The notes beneath the pieces were generated by a model, which was given only the letters and a program-made list of their open reading frames with translations, made no database searches and was not told the origin of the DNA. Below, one piece after another: positions 27,335 through 40,553 of a stretch of DNA of 64,000 nt. The translations under genes were made by a program, and so were the position numbers. Within the stretch, counting starts at the first letter, position 1. The number at the start of each line of letters is the position of its first letter. Origin of the DNA: Eledone cirrhosa (taxonomy: Eukaryota); NCBI GenBank assembly GCA_964016885.1, contig OZ024740.1, positions 2,790,001 to 2,854,000 on the forward strand. The letters are read 5' to 3'.

Positions 27335-30300
27335 TCACTGTAGAATTTCTTTGTAGACACAGTTGTCAGCAAACAGACCCCTTTCATTTAATATTTTTAT
27401 ATTTTCTTTTTTTGTAACTCGTGATAATGCAACATACATCTGACCATGTGAGAAGAATTGTGTTGGTAGATATACACCTATCTTTTCAAATGTCTGCCCG
27501 TATGCCTTGTTGCATGTAATGGCAAAGGCTGGTTTGACAGGAAATTGCTTGCGAGTAAAGGTGAAAGGGAACTCAAGCTCTTGAGATACATGTGGTATCC
27601 TTGGGATTAGCAACCTTGTTCCAGCATTGGGACCCAATGCCACTTCAGCTTCAATGACATGATTATGTAAACTGATGATGATGTAGTGTGTACCATTGCA
27701 ATGCCCGTTTAGAGGATCCAGATTTCTCAGAAGCATGATGCAACTGCCTTTCTTCAGTTTAAGTATGTGTGTTGGAAAGCCTTATGGGGTAAGTTTGTTG
27801 ATGAACTCAATTGGATATTGCAGTTCATTATCTACTGTATCAGAGCTTCTGTAGATTATTTCATTCACCCATCTTGCTGCATCATTTGTTGGGGTGATAA
27901 TGGCTCTATTTGCAAGCCATAGTGGGTTTCTGTAGTTTCCTGGAAGATTTGTAAACACAAAATCACACAGTCCAGACACATTACCATATTCCAGACAAAG
28001 TTCATTTGGCAGAAGAATTGTGAATGCACCTACAGTTGGAATGTTACCATTTCCCACATCAAGAAGGTAGTTTGCAAACTGTCTTTCATCAGAATCCTCT
28101 GTATTAATTAACAGTTGATTGTTTGTCATCTCCATGGTTTCCACATAGTCCCAGAGATAGGATCTCTTGATGGTTGCCTCAACTATTTGTGGTCTAGCAC
28201 CATGACGTACAACTGGAAGAATTTGCTTCCAGTCACCAGATAATAATACTGTTAGACCACCAAATGGCTTTTTGCAATCTCGAACATCTTTGAAGCTCCT
28301 GTCAAGGCATTCAAAGATATGCTTATGTCCCATACCTATCCCATCAATGATTAGCAGGTCAACTTGCTGCATAAGTTTACCTGCGTCATCCCTCTTTGTG
28401 AAGAAGCAAGTTGATTCAGCAGTCACATTGAGAAGAGTTCTACCTTTGTGAAGCAAAGTGGCTGCTATTCCAGATATGGAAGTGGCAAGTGCAATTTCTT
28501 TTTTAGATCAGCAGAAAATTCTGCCTTCATTTTCATTTACAGAGGTGATTACTTTGTGAAAAATAATCAGTTGCTCAGGATTCAATGTTGGCAGAAGTTC
28601 GTTTAATGTTTGCTTGCAGTTGGTGTGTATTGAAATCAGTTTCTGCCTTAAGAACCCTGTTGATTTCTGGTATGGCAACAATAGTTGGATCTGGCCGAGG
28701 AAGTCCATAGTTGGCATGAATGTCCAAGCCACCATGTTGAAGTCTTTGTTGGATCTTCTGTAGAACAATCTGCACGGTTTGCATGGACATGACTTGCTCA
28801 CGACGTTCATGCATGATATCCTCTGCAAGACAATTCTTCCATTTCTCCCAGAACTGCAGAGGGTCATTTGGCATGTAGTACAATAAAATGGTGCAGAAGA
28901 TCTCTCGCAGCTGAGGACTAAGCGTAATGGATGAGGCCTCTTCCATAGGTTTGTCTTTTTCTCCATCTTCATCTAACAGACCAAGATTCCTGCATGCTTC
29001 TTGGAATGTTGGAAATTCAACTCCTTCAATTTTTCCTCAATTCTTTGTATGAAGTTGACCCAGCCTTGTGATGTAGGATCATTCTGAGGTAATATAATTC
29101 AGATTGATGTCTACTGAGAGATACTGTTGGAATGCATCCAAGAGATTCACTCATAAATTGTTGATCACCATCCAGATGTCCCTTTTTTCTTCTTGGCCAC
29201 TTTTTGTTTGTCCAAGTGAAATATTTAGGAATATCAATATACAATATGTTTTGTGCCAGTGGGTCTCTAATATTCAGTTGAAAATATTCCGTCAACTTAG
29301 TCATTGGCTGTCCCCTAGAAACAACACTTTCTTCTTGCCCTCGCTCATACACGACCATTCGTTCCCCAGGTAAATGGCAAGGCAACTTTTCAACTGGCGG
29401 TTTTCGATGATGTAATGGAAATTTATAGATTCTCCAGAATGCTTCACTTGCTGAGATGTACCGGGCATTGATATAGGTCTCAATCTCATTTTGGGCATGG
29501 ACACAATTTCCTTGATCATCCTTAATAGTGAAAGTGATCTTGTCTGATCCTTTCGTGATGTACTTATATAAGTACTTAACAGCCTTAACACTGTGGACAA
29601 CCTCACAATTGATGTGGCACTGATATCTCAATGAGAGGAAAGGGTTGTATGGAACAATCCAATGATTATCAATAGTAAATTCTTGACCTTTAAGTTGGAT
29701 TGTATGGGTGTGACCACCATACTGTCTATCCCTTCTACACTCCAGAATGGAATTTTCGGCAACAAATGTGGTTTGTCTGAATGACTTGGGATAACTTTTT
29801 GAGCAATGGCGTTGTTTTCCTAGCCCTTCCATACATGGGCACATCATATCAGCTTGTCCACATGGGCCATGAATGTTGCAGGATGTGATGATCTTATGCA
29901 GAATTGGATTGGTCACTTTATCAGGAATCTCACAGTACACTACCTGATCAATGGCATCAGCAGTTTTGGGTTTGCTATTTTCAGCCATTATCAGCAGAAT
30001 ATAAGCATGAGTGAGGCCCGTTTCTGCCTTTCTATTGTAGCAGAATGAGCCACATTTCCTAGGACATTTCTTTTCAGTATGTCATCCATGAGGCTGTCAT
30101 ACTTGATCTTGAAGACTCTTGCACAAATATCAGGATGGTCTATAGGTTCTTCACCAGGGTGCAAACTATTTTTTATTTCATCCCAGTTAGGGTTAGTTGT
30201 TACTGTGATGAAATAAGATGGCGTTCCCATGACTAACCACAGTCATCGAATTCTGAAAGCACTCACTGTAGAAGCGAGGTGAACCATAGATTGAAGGAGG

Positions 30301-31181
30301 AAGAACAATTCTCCGGCCTGCATTTACTGAATCTTCTTCAGCCACAGCATCATACAAACCCTCATACTTTTCAGCTCGTATCATGGTTTGATTGTTGTGG
30401 GCCCATTTGAGGCGACAATGTTCTATTTTTGCCTGGGCATCTACAGCATATTGCTGCACCAGCCGCCTGCTCTTCAAGCTAATGTTACAGCCACCTTGTC
30501 TAACCTGAAACCGATAACAGTAGAAATCAGTGGGTGTGAGTGTGTGGTTGTTGTCAATTCTTTTCAAACCATCCTGAAACCCATCATTCCACCAAGAAGA
30601 CAGTAGCACATAATGCAGAGAATCATAAGAACGGTGCAACTGATGAATCCGCTGAAGACCACCATCTCGTTTATGAATGATGACATCCAAAAGACCTAAT
30701 GCTGTATCAGGTTGAATATCAGCAATCTCAGATGCCATGGGAAGTTATATGTGCGACAATGAAAATCAGTGGGTTTTACTTTATCAGCATGTAGGACAAT
30801 ATTCACATTTTCAGAGACTGGCATTTCAATGACTGACTTGAAGCTTCTTATATAGGTGTTGCAGTAGTGCAAGTCTTCTTGCAAGTCCTGTGGGACAGCA
30901 GCATCTAAATTAGCATGATGCAAGCGATTCTGAAGCTCATGATAGAAATAAAGCTGCGCAAACTTAGGTGAAGCATCACTTGGAAGTAGCGATCCAATAA
31001 TATGACAAATCTTACCTTGGATCTTAAATGTAGGACTAAATCTTGGTGCTTTAATCTCTTTGCAACCAATTGAAGCTAAGGCAAGCACATTGTTATATCC
31101 CCGTATCTTATGGAGAAAAGAAGGTATACGATGCTGACGATAGCTAATAAGCTTGAAACTAGTACATCGTTCCTGTGTCAA
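27335..31181 (-). pseudogene. Degraded autonomous Helitron Rep/PIF1 helicase gene
   Basis: Collinear broken ORFs with YNNVLALASIG, GSPRFY, VPYNPFLSLRYQCHINCE..KYLYKYITKG, ISASEAFWRI, GDWKQILPV, QFPVKPAFAITCNKAYGQT and FSHGQMYVALSRV. Confidence 0.93.
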
Positions 31182-31610
31182 TGTTGAACAAAAAGGTGAC
31201 GTGGTTGCCTAAACACTGTACGGCGTAATTCGGGCTGTTTGTTTGTTTACAAACAAACAAACCGAGCATTATAATAAATGTTCGGTAAACCGATACGTGC
31301 ATATATATATATATATATATATGTGTATGTATGTATATATATACATACTACTGTACGTCTGTATACATATATGTATGTACGTATACATACATACTTACAT
31401 TTAAGTAAGTGCCGTACTAAGAGTGAGAAATGAAATTTCGTTTCATTCTATTCCATTTACATATATATTGATATATATATAAATATTTATATTTATTTTT
31501 TTTATTTTAACATATATTTATTTCTAAGATTTCACCGTAGAGATAACATCTATTTATACATACATGGCAGAGAGTGAATATGGGACACAGAAAACATTTC
31601 TCATCTAAAT

Positions 31611-31757
31611 CCCAACACATGGCAGCAGACGCACAACGACAAAGAGAGAAGAGGGAAAACCCAACACATGGCAGCAGACGCACAACGACAAAGAGAGAAG
31701 AGGGAAAACCCAACACATGGCAGCAGACGCACAACGACAAAGAGAGGTGAGGGAAAA
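31611..31757 (+). repeat. 49-bp tandem repeat x3
   Basis: Unit CCCAACACATGGCAGCAGACGCACAACGACAAAGAGAGAAGAGGGAAAA. Confidence 0.9.
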
Positions 31758-31839
31758 TCAATGAAACAATAATCGCTCTACAACATTCCAACAAATTTGG
31801 GTCACTCTTGAGTGCTATTGGTAACGTGTAACCCAATAC

Positions 31840-32250
31840 AACCTGTCACATGGTCGGGTCGTCGGCAACCCCACCAAGTTTACTTGGTGACGAGGCTGAC
31901 TTTGGACACCCTGCAGGACAAAAAACAAAACCTGACAAAGGGCGGAAGAACTCATAAGAGTCAACGGCCATCCAAAAGTGTGTAAATATGTATATACACA
32001 TGTACCGTGTGGTTAAACCACTGGGAGTGAAGGACCCCTAGCCTTTGTCGGGGCATTCTTCTAGAAGGCAACTCAGGAAACTGGGATAACTCTGATATAA
32101 AACTTACGGCCCAGTAGTTACCGATGATGTTGGTCTTTTCTTCTTTTCGGGTTATAGCTACTGTCACTCAGAGAGTGGGATTGGCTCAGTGCACAGTCTT
32201 TCCTCACTTTAAAAAATATCTTCACGCACAGGCATTGCACGATAGAATTA
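31840..32250 (+). mobile_element. ORF-less, structured SINE-like element resembling an RTE 5' UTR
   Basis: GC-richer island with GGCGGAAGAACTC and AACTCTGATATAAAAC motifs recalled from RTE-type 5' UTRs, a long-range helix 31931-31941/32042-32052, and an AT-rich end. Confidence 0.55.
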
Positions 32251-32395
32251 ATTAATAATTATTAATAATCGTGCAATGGCCATACTTGATAATGAGGAGA
32301 CAGCCATCATATAGATATATATAGCTGACACGGAGAAAATAAATCTTTGAAATGAATGTATGTTTGAAATATGTATTATCGTTTGCTATTCGAAC

Positions 32396-32441
<46 letters not shown>

Positions 32442-32498
32442 TATGAGGTACTCATAACAACAGTGGTAGCAGCAAAACGCGTATCAAAACAATATATA

Positions 32499-32987
32499 TC
32501 TATATTATAAAGCTGACAGCTGTATTTATGTAAGAAACGTTTCGCCAAACGGCTGGACCAAACACCACCAAATTTACACTGTAGATGTAACTTTTTCCAA
32601 GTAAGAGAGTGAGGGTATTTTAGTCTTCTAAATTTCGTTAAAAGATTAAAGATATTTTATCGTTTATTTAAAATTTTCAAATGTCAACACTTCGGGTTAT
32701 ACGACATTTCCCTCTCTTTCTTAGTCTGTATTTTTAGATAGATACATAGCTATAACGTTGCGCCCTTATAATATGTCTCTGTTGCCGGTATTAGATACAT
32801 AGCTATAACGTCGCACGCTTATAATATATGTCTGTCTTCACGAACCAAAGTATCGTCTTCCTGTTTTCCTTCGGTTTAAACGTTTTTCGAAATATTTACT
32901 TCTACGTTCACAGATTTATTTTTTTAGTTTCAGAAGATCCCGTTAAGGGTGAAAGCAGCGATTCTTTGCTTAAACTTTAATCTGTTA

Positions 32988-33061
<74 letters not shown>

Positions 33062-33430
33062 TATATTCATGTACAGATATTTTTGCATACACAAAAACAA
33101 AATATAAACAAACGTATTTATTTCATGAAAGCACAGACGGTTTATCGTCATTGTTACTGCCGATATGCCTCCCAAAAAGTCCCACCCTGGCCGCAAGATC
33201 AGATTTTCCAGAAGAAAAAATGTTATTGGAGCAACAGAGAGATTAAGCTTCGCAATTACCATCAACAAAGATCAGGGTCAAACCCTAAAAGTGGCTGGCC
33301 TTCATCTGGGAAAACCATGGTCAATTGTATGTAGGATCTTCTAAAGTGAGCTCGCCAAACAATCTCTTCATCTTTGCTCCCGAGGGCCGAACAAAAAATA
33401 TTGTATACTCTGAGGCTTTAACAATGTAAT
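32499..33430 (+). mobile_element. Non-autonomous Helitron remnant with PIF1 C-terminal fragment
   Basis: TCTATATTATAAAG 5' end; 33245-33425 encodes FAITINKDQGQTLKVAGLHL..LYVGSSKV..RTKNIVYSEAL. 3' end not found. Confidence 0.6.
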
Positions 33431-33949
33431 TTATGTATTTTCTGTTACTTGGAATTTCTATTATGGTTGTACAAATTATTGTAAAGTTTGTTAAAAAATG
33501 TGTTCTCTGTTCAGCCTTTATTGTTGTAACTTTAGAAGGGTGTTCACTTCATTAGTTTGGTTAAATGAACATCTCTCTATTTTTTGTATTTGGAAGAATT
33601 TAACAATGAAACATTGAGTACAAAAAATGAATTCATACTAAATGAATAGTTCAATGACTCCAGGTATTTACAATATGTCTTTGTACATGTTGATACATAG
33701 GTTTTTTTGTAAGGTGTATGCACGATAAACAGTTCATTAAAGACATACCTTGATGAGTTATATATATATAGGCATTTTTATCACTGAAATAAATAATGGA
33801 CAAAAGCATTGTAACGAGCAGCGTTCGGCTCTTCCAACGAGACAGATTAATACATATGTTACTCCTTAACTTCGTGCCAGATATTATCACAAGGGAATGC
33901 GTTGAAATGTATCGGTGACCGCATGGTGCTTGATGCGACAGGCAAACAA

Positions 33950-34620
33950 ACACGTCTTGTTAACATGAAAGTTAATGTTGGAAGAAGCAGGTGTGTGTGC
34001 GAAAGAAAAAGATGGGGGTGTATGTGGCTCAGGTGTGTGAGCATCTGTGTGGGCCCTTTTAAGTCTATCAACCGCAATGGTCTCTCTGGATCCCTTAATG
34101 TCTACAGTGAAATGTTTATCAGAACGAGCTAATACACGATAGGGTCCAGAGTACGGTTGTGTGAGAGGTGGTCTCACAGCATCGTTTCTTACGAACACAT
34201 GGGTCCACGAGGCAATATCCCTCGGGACTGCAGATCTTACAGTTTGCTTCCTCGTATCCATCGGCGGCAGGTCCTGAAAATAAGAACGCAGACGGGATAC
34301 GTAGGAAAGCGGATCTTGTGCAGCGAGATCTGCAGGGGCAAGCATTTGCCCAGGTAACGCTAGAGGAGCACCATACACAATTCGGCCGGGAGAATCCAAG
34401 GTCCTCCTTTATTGATGACCAAATCCCCAACAACACAATAGGGAGGTACTCGCTCCAACGCGTAGAGTCAGGAGAAGTCCGAAGAGCGGCTTTTAGTTGT
34501 CGGTGGAAGCGTTCCACCATTCCATTAGATGCAGGATGATATGAAGTTGTTTGGATGCGTTTAGCGCCAATGATCTTCGTCAATTCGGAGAAGAGATTCG
34601 ATTCGAACTGTCTTCCACGG
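33950..34620 (-). pseudogene. Gypsy-type LTR retrotransposon integrase C-terminal fragment
   Basis: [31 protein letters not shown], and [16 protein letters not shown] (GPY/F module); frameshifted. Confidence 0.9.
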
Positions 34621-35207
34621 TTCCTTCTAAATTGGTTGACCCCGAACGTTGAACACTTTTAAATGGCAACCTTCTGATAAAACATTTGACTTTTTTTTTA
34701 ACAAGCAGTTATCTAAGAGAAACTTTAGAAAAAAAAATATATATATATATATATTGAAAGCTATAGCGATAATCAACATTATTGAACATTTACAGACAAA
34801 AGCAAACAAACAAAAAACTTATATCTTCTGTTGTTATTCGCTGTGTAGTGAATATAAAAAAAAAATTATTAGCAACATTTTTGAGCATTTTTAAACAGAC
34901 AAGACAGAAAACATTTATTTTTTGTAATGGCCGATGATTTTCCCACCCATTCTCTTTCTTCTCCGAAATGTAGATTGGCTTAGACGCATCATGTGATGCC
35001 ATCTCCTTCTCCAATTAAAAAAAAAAAAAACATTTAATGTTTCTGCTTTGAATTATTGTGACTTGTCGATTCCGGATTTTGCATTTCTTCTTTCTTCATG
35101 GATGTTAAGGGAAATTTGTGTTGTTTTCCCATTGTTCCAAACATCTAACACGCGTTGCATTTCTTTACTTGAATATCATTCAGTATTTTTTTATGTGGAA
35201 CTGATAC

Positions 35208-35615
35208 ATGCTAATGATGAGTAGTCCTAATTTACCTGCGTTCTCCCGTGAGCCCAAGCTCTGGTTTGCGCAACTGGATACATATTTTGCTGCAGATGGA
35301 ATTAAAACAGAGCAGAAACTCAATGTTTTGATTAGTGGTATACCTTCGTCGCTCGCCATCACGGTGAGAGATTTAATAACGGACCCGCCAACCGGTACTT
35401 CGTATGATTCGTTGAGGACGGAAATATTAAGGAGAAACTGCCGTTCAGCTGAAAGCAGGTTTCGTGCATTATTGGAGGACGAGTGTTTACGCCACATTCG
35501 GGACCTCCGTGAATCGCCCGATGAGGATAGTTCATTTATCAAAAAGTTATTTTTTTCTCGCTTGCCAAACAATGTACAGATTATATTGGCTACCTTTCAA
35601 CATGACTGCAACTCA
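35208..35615 (+). pseudogene. Gypsy-type gag N-terminal fragment
   Basis: LPAFSREPKLWFAQLDTYF..YDSLRTEILRR..IKKLFFSRLP pattern; opposite orientation to the integrase piece. Confidence 0.7.
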
Positions 35616-35659
35616 CACACACATCCCTACTGACCATTATCACAACAATGCTTTCCAGC

Positions 35660-35795
35660 ATAGTTACGTCCCTTTACGATCTGAGTTCAAATCCCGCCGA
35701 GGTTGACTTTGCCTTTCATCCTTACGGGGTCGATAAAATAAAGTACCAGTAATGCACTGGGTATTTGCTGGCCTTGTGCCTAAAGTAGAAACAAT
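35660..35795 (+). mobile_element. tRNA-derived SINE fragment, within a segment flanked by a 19-bp direct repeat
   Basis: B-box GAGTTCAAATCC followed by GCCTTTCATCCTTACGGGGTCGATAAAATAAAGTACC. TCAACATGACTGCAACTCA occurs at 35597 and 35869. Confidence 0.75.
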
Positions 35796-36458
35796 TATCA
35801 CAACAATGAACCTCTTTACTACACACACACACATATTTGTCTTAATAGACATGTTTTTCAGTGACTTCTCAACATGACTGCAACTCAATCAGGCGAAAAA
35901 AGACACTCTTCGACAAACCTACATTTCGCGCCAAACCAGTTCAGCTAAAATCAATTTTTAACATTCACGTGACCTCTACCGACCAATCAAAATTGTTTTG
36001 ACTACAAGAATTTTTGCAACACGAATTGGCGCGAAATTTATAGTACTTATTCACGTGACATTCAACAACCAACCAAATCTTAATACCTCTGGAGCCACTT
36101 TTTTCACATAAAACAGGAAGAATTTCCAAAACTGATCAGATTAGAGTAAACATCACGGGCGCTCTATCTCAAAATCATTTTTGAAAAGCATTAGAAATGA
36201 GCAACCGGTAAAAACTGAATACTAACCAATACTTATTACTAATTTATACTTATTCCTAATTAAACTATTTTTCACTGGGAAAAATTTGTCAGCAATTTCT
36301 TTTCCTTTTACTAATATATCACAACTCGTGTGTTACACCTCTATTTTTTTAAATATATATATATATATAAGCAGAAGGGATATTCAATGTGTTGTTAAAT
36401 CAACAAATATAAATGTTTATAGCTGATTCAGAGCACTCAACACATTTTGGAGTGTATA

Positions 36459-36555
36459 ATATACAATGATATTAAATAAATGGAAACTATATTCATAAAA
36501 CCATATTTATAAATATGGTTTTATGAATATAGTTTCCATTTATTTAATATCATTG

Positions 36556-36560
<5 letters not shown>
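36459..36560. repeat. Perfect 102-bp palindrome with no spacer
   Basis: 51-bp arms are exact reverse complements, centre 36509/36510; next to (TA)n. Confidence 0.92.
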
Positions 36561-36591
<31 letters not shown>

Positions 36592-36904
36592 ATGGGATTC
36601 AGGAGGTGACCTCAGTTAAAACAGGGGCTCAGTACATTAGTAGAGTGTAGGCATCTCTATTTTACATAGAAGTAACTTCTGTAGGAAATGAATAAAACAG
36701 TTCTAGTGGCCAGCAGCTGATGGCAACTTATGTGTAAGTATATATATATATATATATAAAATACAATATGTTGAAAAGGTAACACACTAGAGAGAGATAC
36801 AGTGCGCTATCAATAAAACAGGGAAAGAGCTCAGGATTTCCTCTCCTTTGAGCACATTAGGGGACAGGGAATGGCGAGAGTCTATGGCTCCGTTAATTTA
36901 TCGT

Positions 36905-36941
<37 letters not shown>

Positions 36942-37233
36942 CCATGTATGTAAGCATGAATGAATACAGTAAGCCAGTGACTTTAACTGTTAACACTATC
37001 ATATATTTTGGTTTCCCTGTTTGACCAAATGCTTTACTTACTTGTTTTTTTTTTTTGTTTTTTTATTTATTCTTTCTCTGAGACATTTTTTAAAAGATAT
37101 TTTTTTAAAGCAAAGCATTGGCCCTAAAATACCACAGTAGGCCGCTGCAATGCTACCATGGGCCCCTTTAGTGCTACTGTAGGCCCCCTGGAGCCCACTT
37201 GCCATTGGGCAACCTGTCAATCTGGCCAGTTCA

Positions 37234-37275
<42 letters not shown>

Positions 37276-37396
37276 ATTTTCCAAGAGATGGCAACAGAAA
37301 TGAACTTGTTATTTCCCTCTAAAATGTTTTTTTTCTGTTTCTGTCTTTCCTGTCTCCTCAATCTTTCTTTTTCTTCTTCAATTTCTCATTCTATCA

Positions 37397-37432
37397 TCTT
37401 CTGATGAAGGATTTGTGTCCGAAACGTTAAGA
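37397..37432 (+). ncRNA. Minimal type I hammerhead ribozyme motif (Penelope-type)
   Basis: TCTT-CTGATGA-A-GGA tttgtg TCC-GAAA-CG-TT-AAGA: canonical core, stems I and II, and a palindromic ACGT stem III. Confidence 0.75.
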
Positions 37433-37569
37433 CTCTTTATCTACTATACGTAAAACTAATATATTTCTTCATTGTACTGTGTCGTTGACGAGGACGAAAT
37501 TAAAGTTGACGATGATGAAATTGAAGTTGACGATGACGAAATTCAGACTGAAGATAATGTCACTGAGAT

Positions 37570-37850
37570 TGCCAAATATGAAGATATCGTTGACAAAATA
37601 CTAGGAATTATCAAATAGCTACTTTTTCCAGTGGTTTTCGAGACGTTTGGTGGAGCTGGGCTACTGACAGAAAAGTTCTTGTTATCGTTGGCAGCTCAAC
37701 TTACTGAGGTATCAAGTAATGCCCAAAAGGGTGCTTGATTGTTTCAGCGCCTTAGCCTCACCATCATCCAGCTTTACCGAGGTGTTTGATAATGCCTGAG
37801 AAGGTGCTTGGTTGTTTCAGCACCTTAGCCTCGCCATCACCCAGTCTTAT
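37570..37850 (+). mobile_element. Decayed CRE-like RLE C-terminal fragment
   Basis: FPVVFETFGGAGLLTEKFLLSLAAQLTEV..LFQRLSL, homologous to 25050-25330. Confidence 0.65.
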
Positions 37851-38005
37851 AAGCCATGTTACTTTGTTAAAGTGCTTCTTCAAGTCAGTTAATAACATAT
37901 TCTTAATTAAAAACTTCTGCTGTCGTCTCACAAAGAAGCCATTTGTAGTTCTCCCACTTTACACTCTCAAACTGTATTGCATCTAAGATTATTCTTTTCC
38001 TAAAT

Positions 38006-38341
38006 AACCACACTATAACCCTTTCACAACTGTTTCCTAGGTAACCACACTATAACCTTTTCACAACTGTTTCCTAGGTAAGCACACTATAACCTTTTCA
38101 CAACTGTTTCCTATGTAACCACACTATAGCCCGTTCACAACTGTTTCTTAGGTAACCACACTATAACCCTTTCACAACTGTTTCCTAGGTAACCACACTA
38201 TAACCCTTTCACAACTGTTTCCTAGGTAACCACACTATAACCCTTTCACAACTGTTTCCTAGGTAACCACACTAGAGCCCTTTCACAACTGGTTCCTAAG
38301 TAACCACACTATAGGCCTTCCACAACTGTTTTCTAGATAAC
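38006..38341 (+). repeat. 37-bp minisatellite, variant 1 (~9 copies)
   Basis: Unit AACCACACTATAACCCTTTCACAACTGTTTCCTAGGT. Confidence 0.93.
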
Positions 38342-38874
38342 CAGAGTTGGATTTAGCAGAGGGCAAAGGGGCAATTGCCCTAGGCCTCCCACAGCAATGC
38401 CCATAGCAATTTATTTGTGTCCTCTGATGGGCTTTTTAGTTTTATCCCTTTGATAATGAAAACTATATTCTTTACAAAGTATCTAATGTTCTTGCTGTGG
38501 CAAAATTCATTAAATTTTCTCAACTTTAGAGACACCAGGTTGTTATCAGAACAATATTCTTATAAAATGTATTCAATGTTGTTGGGTAAAGTGGTTGTGC
38601 TGGTACCACAAAACAATGCACCCAGTAACACTCTAATGTGGTTATGTTAGGAAGGGCATCCAGCCATAGAAACCATGCCTAATATATAATGTATGAGCAA
38701 GATAAGGTTGCACCAATATGTCTGGTCCCGGAGTCTGATAACCTGTCTGACACTTGTCCAATTGACTTTAATAACTAAAATCTAGGGGTTGGTGAATTTT
38801 TTGTGTATGAGGGTGTCCCCAAACCTGAAGTGAAGTGCCTGCCCCCCCCCCCCCCCCGTCTAAATCCGGCCCTG
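38342..38874. mobile_element. MITE-like DNA transposon (hAT-like TIRs) interrupting the minisatellite, with a SINE fragment inside
   Basis: Left CAGAGTTGGATTTAG vs right CTAAATCCGGCCCTG (imperfect 15-bp TIR); the 8-bp flanks match at 5 of 8 positions. GGAAGGGCATCCAGCC SINE motif at ~38650. Confidence 0.55.
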
Positions 38875-38883
38875 TCAATAAAA

Positions 38884-39757
38884 ATTCTATAACCCTTTCA
38901 CAACTGGTTCCTGAGTAGCCATTCTATAACCCTTTCACAACTGGTTCCTGAGTAGCCATTCTATAACCCTTTCACAACTGGTTCCTGAGTAGCCATACTA
39001 TAACCCTTTCACAACTGGTTCCTGAGTAGCCATACTATAACCCTTTCACAACTGGTTCCTGAGTAGCCATTCTATAACCCTTTCACAACTGGTTCCTGAG
39101 TAGCCATTCTATAACCCTTTCACAACTGGTTCCTGAGTAGCCATACTATAACCCTTTCACAACTGGTTCCTGAGTAGCCATACTATAACCCTTTCACAAC
39201 TGGTTCCTGAGTAGCCATTCTATAACCCTTTCACAACTGGTTCCTGAGTAGCCATTCTATAACCCTTTCACAACTGGTTCCTGAGTAGCCATACTATAAC
39301 CCTTTCACAACTGGTTCCTGAGTAGCCATACTATAACCCTTTCACAACTGGTTCCTGAGTAGCCATACTATAACCCTTTCACAACTGGTTCCTGAGTAGC
39401 CATTCTATAACCCTTTCACAACTGGTTCCTGAGTAGCCATACTATAACCCTTTCACAACTGGTTCCTGAGTAGCCATACTATAACCCTTTCACAACTGGT
39501 TCCTGAGTAGCCATTCTATAACCCTTTCACAACTGGTTCCTGAGTAGCCATACTATAACCCTTTCACAACTGGTTCCTGAGTAGCCATTCTATAACCCTT
39601 TCACAACTGGTTCCTGAGTAGCCATTCTATAACCCTTTCACAACTGGTTCCTGAGTAGCCATTCTATAACCCTTTCACAACTGGTTCCTGAGTAGCCATA
39701 CTATAACCCTTTCACAACTGGTTCCTGAGTAGCCATACTATAACCCTTTCACAATTG
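38884..39757 (+). repeat. 37-bp minisatellite, variant 2 (~23 highly homogeneous copies)
   Basis: Unit AGCCATWCTATAACCCTTTCACAACTGGTTCCTGAGT. Confidence 0.96.
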
Positions 39758-40167
39758 GCTCTATCAATTTGCTGCCTCTGTTGTAGTTGCTTGTTTCCAG
39801 AGCTTTTCCTGTCTTTTAGCATGTGGTGATGGTGTTGCTAGACCAGTCAATCTTAAAAAACAAAGAGGTTATTGTCAGCTGCATAACAGAAATCTGAGGT
39901 ATATTGTTAGTGTGTGGTGCAATACATGAGAGAACTGTCAGATGTAGTGTGGTACAATGCACGAGAGAACTGTGAGATGTAGTGTGGTGCAATACACGAG
40001 AGAACTGTGAGATATATTGTTGCTATGTGGTTCAACTGTGAGATATATTGTTGCTATGTGGTACAATACATCAGAGAATTACAATACACAGCCTGTTAAA
40101 TGATGCAGAAATCAATAACAAACAACTTGATTATAACTTTGATATGAAATTGTTTTACTTTGTCAAA

Positions 40168-40553
40168 TGTCACACTGATTTGGGCATAACACATCATCAT
40201 CATGATGGTGATGTCACTGATTTGGGCATAACACATCATCATCATGATGGTGATGTCACTGATTTGGGCATAACACATCATCATCATGGTGGTGATGTCA
40301 CTGATTTGGGCATAACACATCATCATCATGATGGTGATGTCACTGATTTGGGCATAACACATCATCATCATGATGGTGATGTCACTGATTTGGGCATAAC
40401 ACATCATCATCATCATCATGGTGATGTCACTGATTTGGGCACAACACATCATCATCATGATGGTGATGTCACTGATTTGGGCATAACACATCATCATCAT
40501 CATGGTGATGTCACTGATTTGGTCATAACACATCATCATCATCATCATCATCA
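40168..40553 (+). repeat. 42-bp minisatellite (~9 copies) with an internal (CAT)n run
   Basis: Unit GATGTCACTGATTTGGGCATAACACATCATCATCATGATGGT. Confidence 0.94.

Noticed and set aside
33887-35633. A single intact Gypsy element
   Set aside because: The gag and integrase fragments are on opposite strands, with no LTR pair, protease or RT.
38006-39757. CRISPR-like 37-bp repeats
   Set aside because: Units are contiguous with no unique spacers, there are no cas genes, and the context is eukaryotic.
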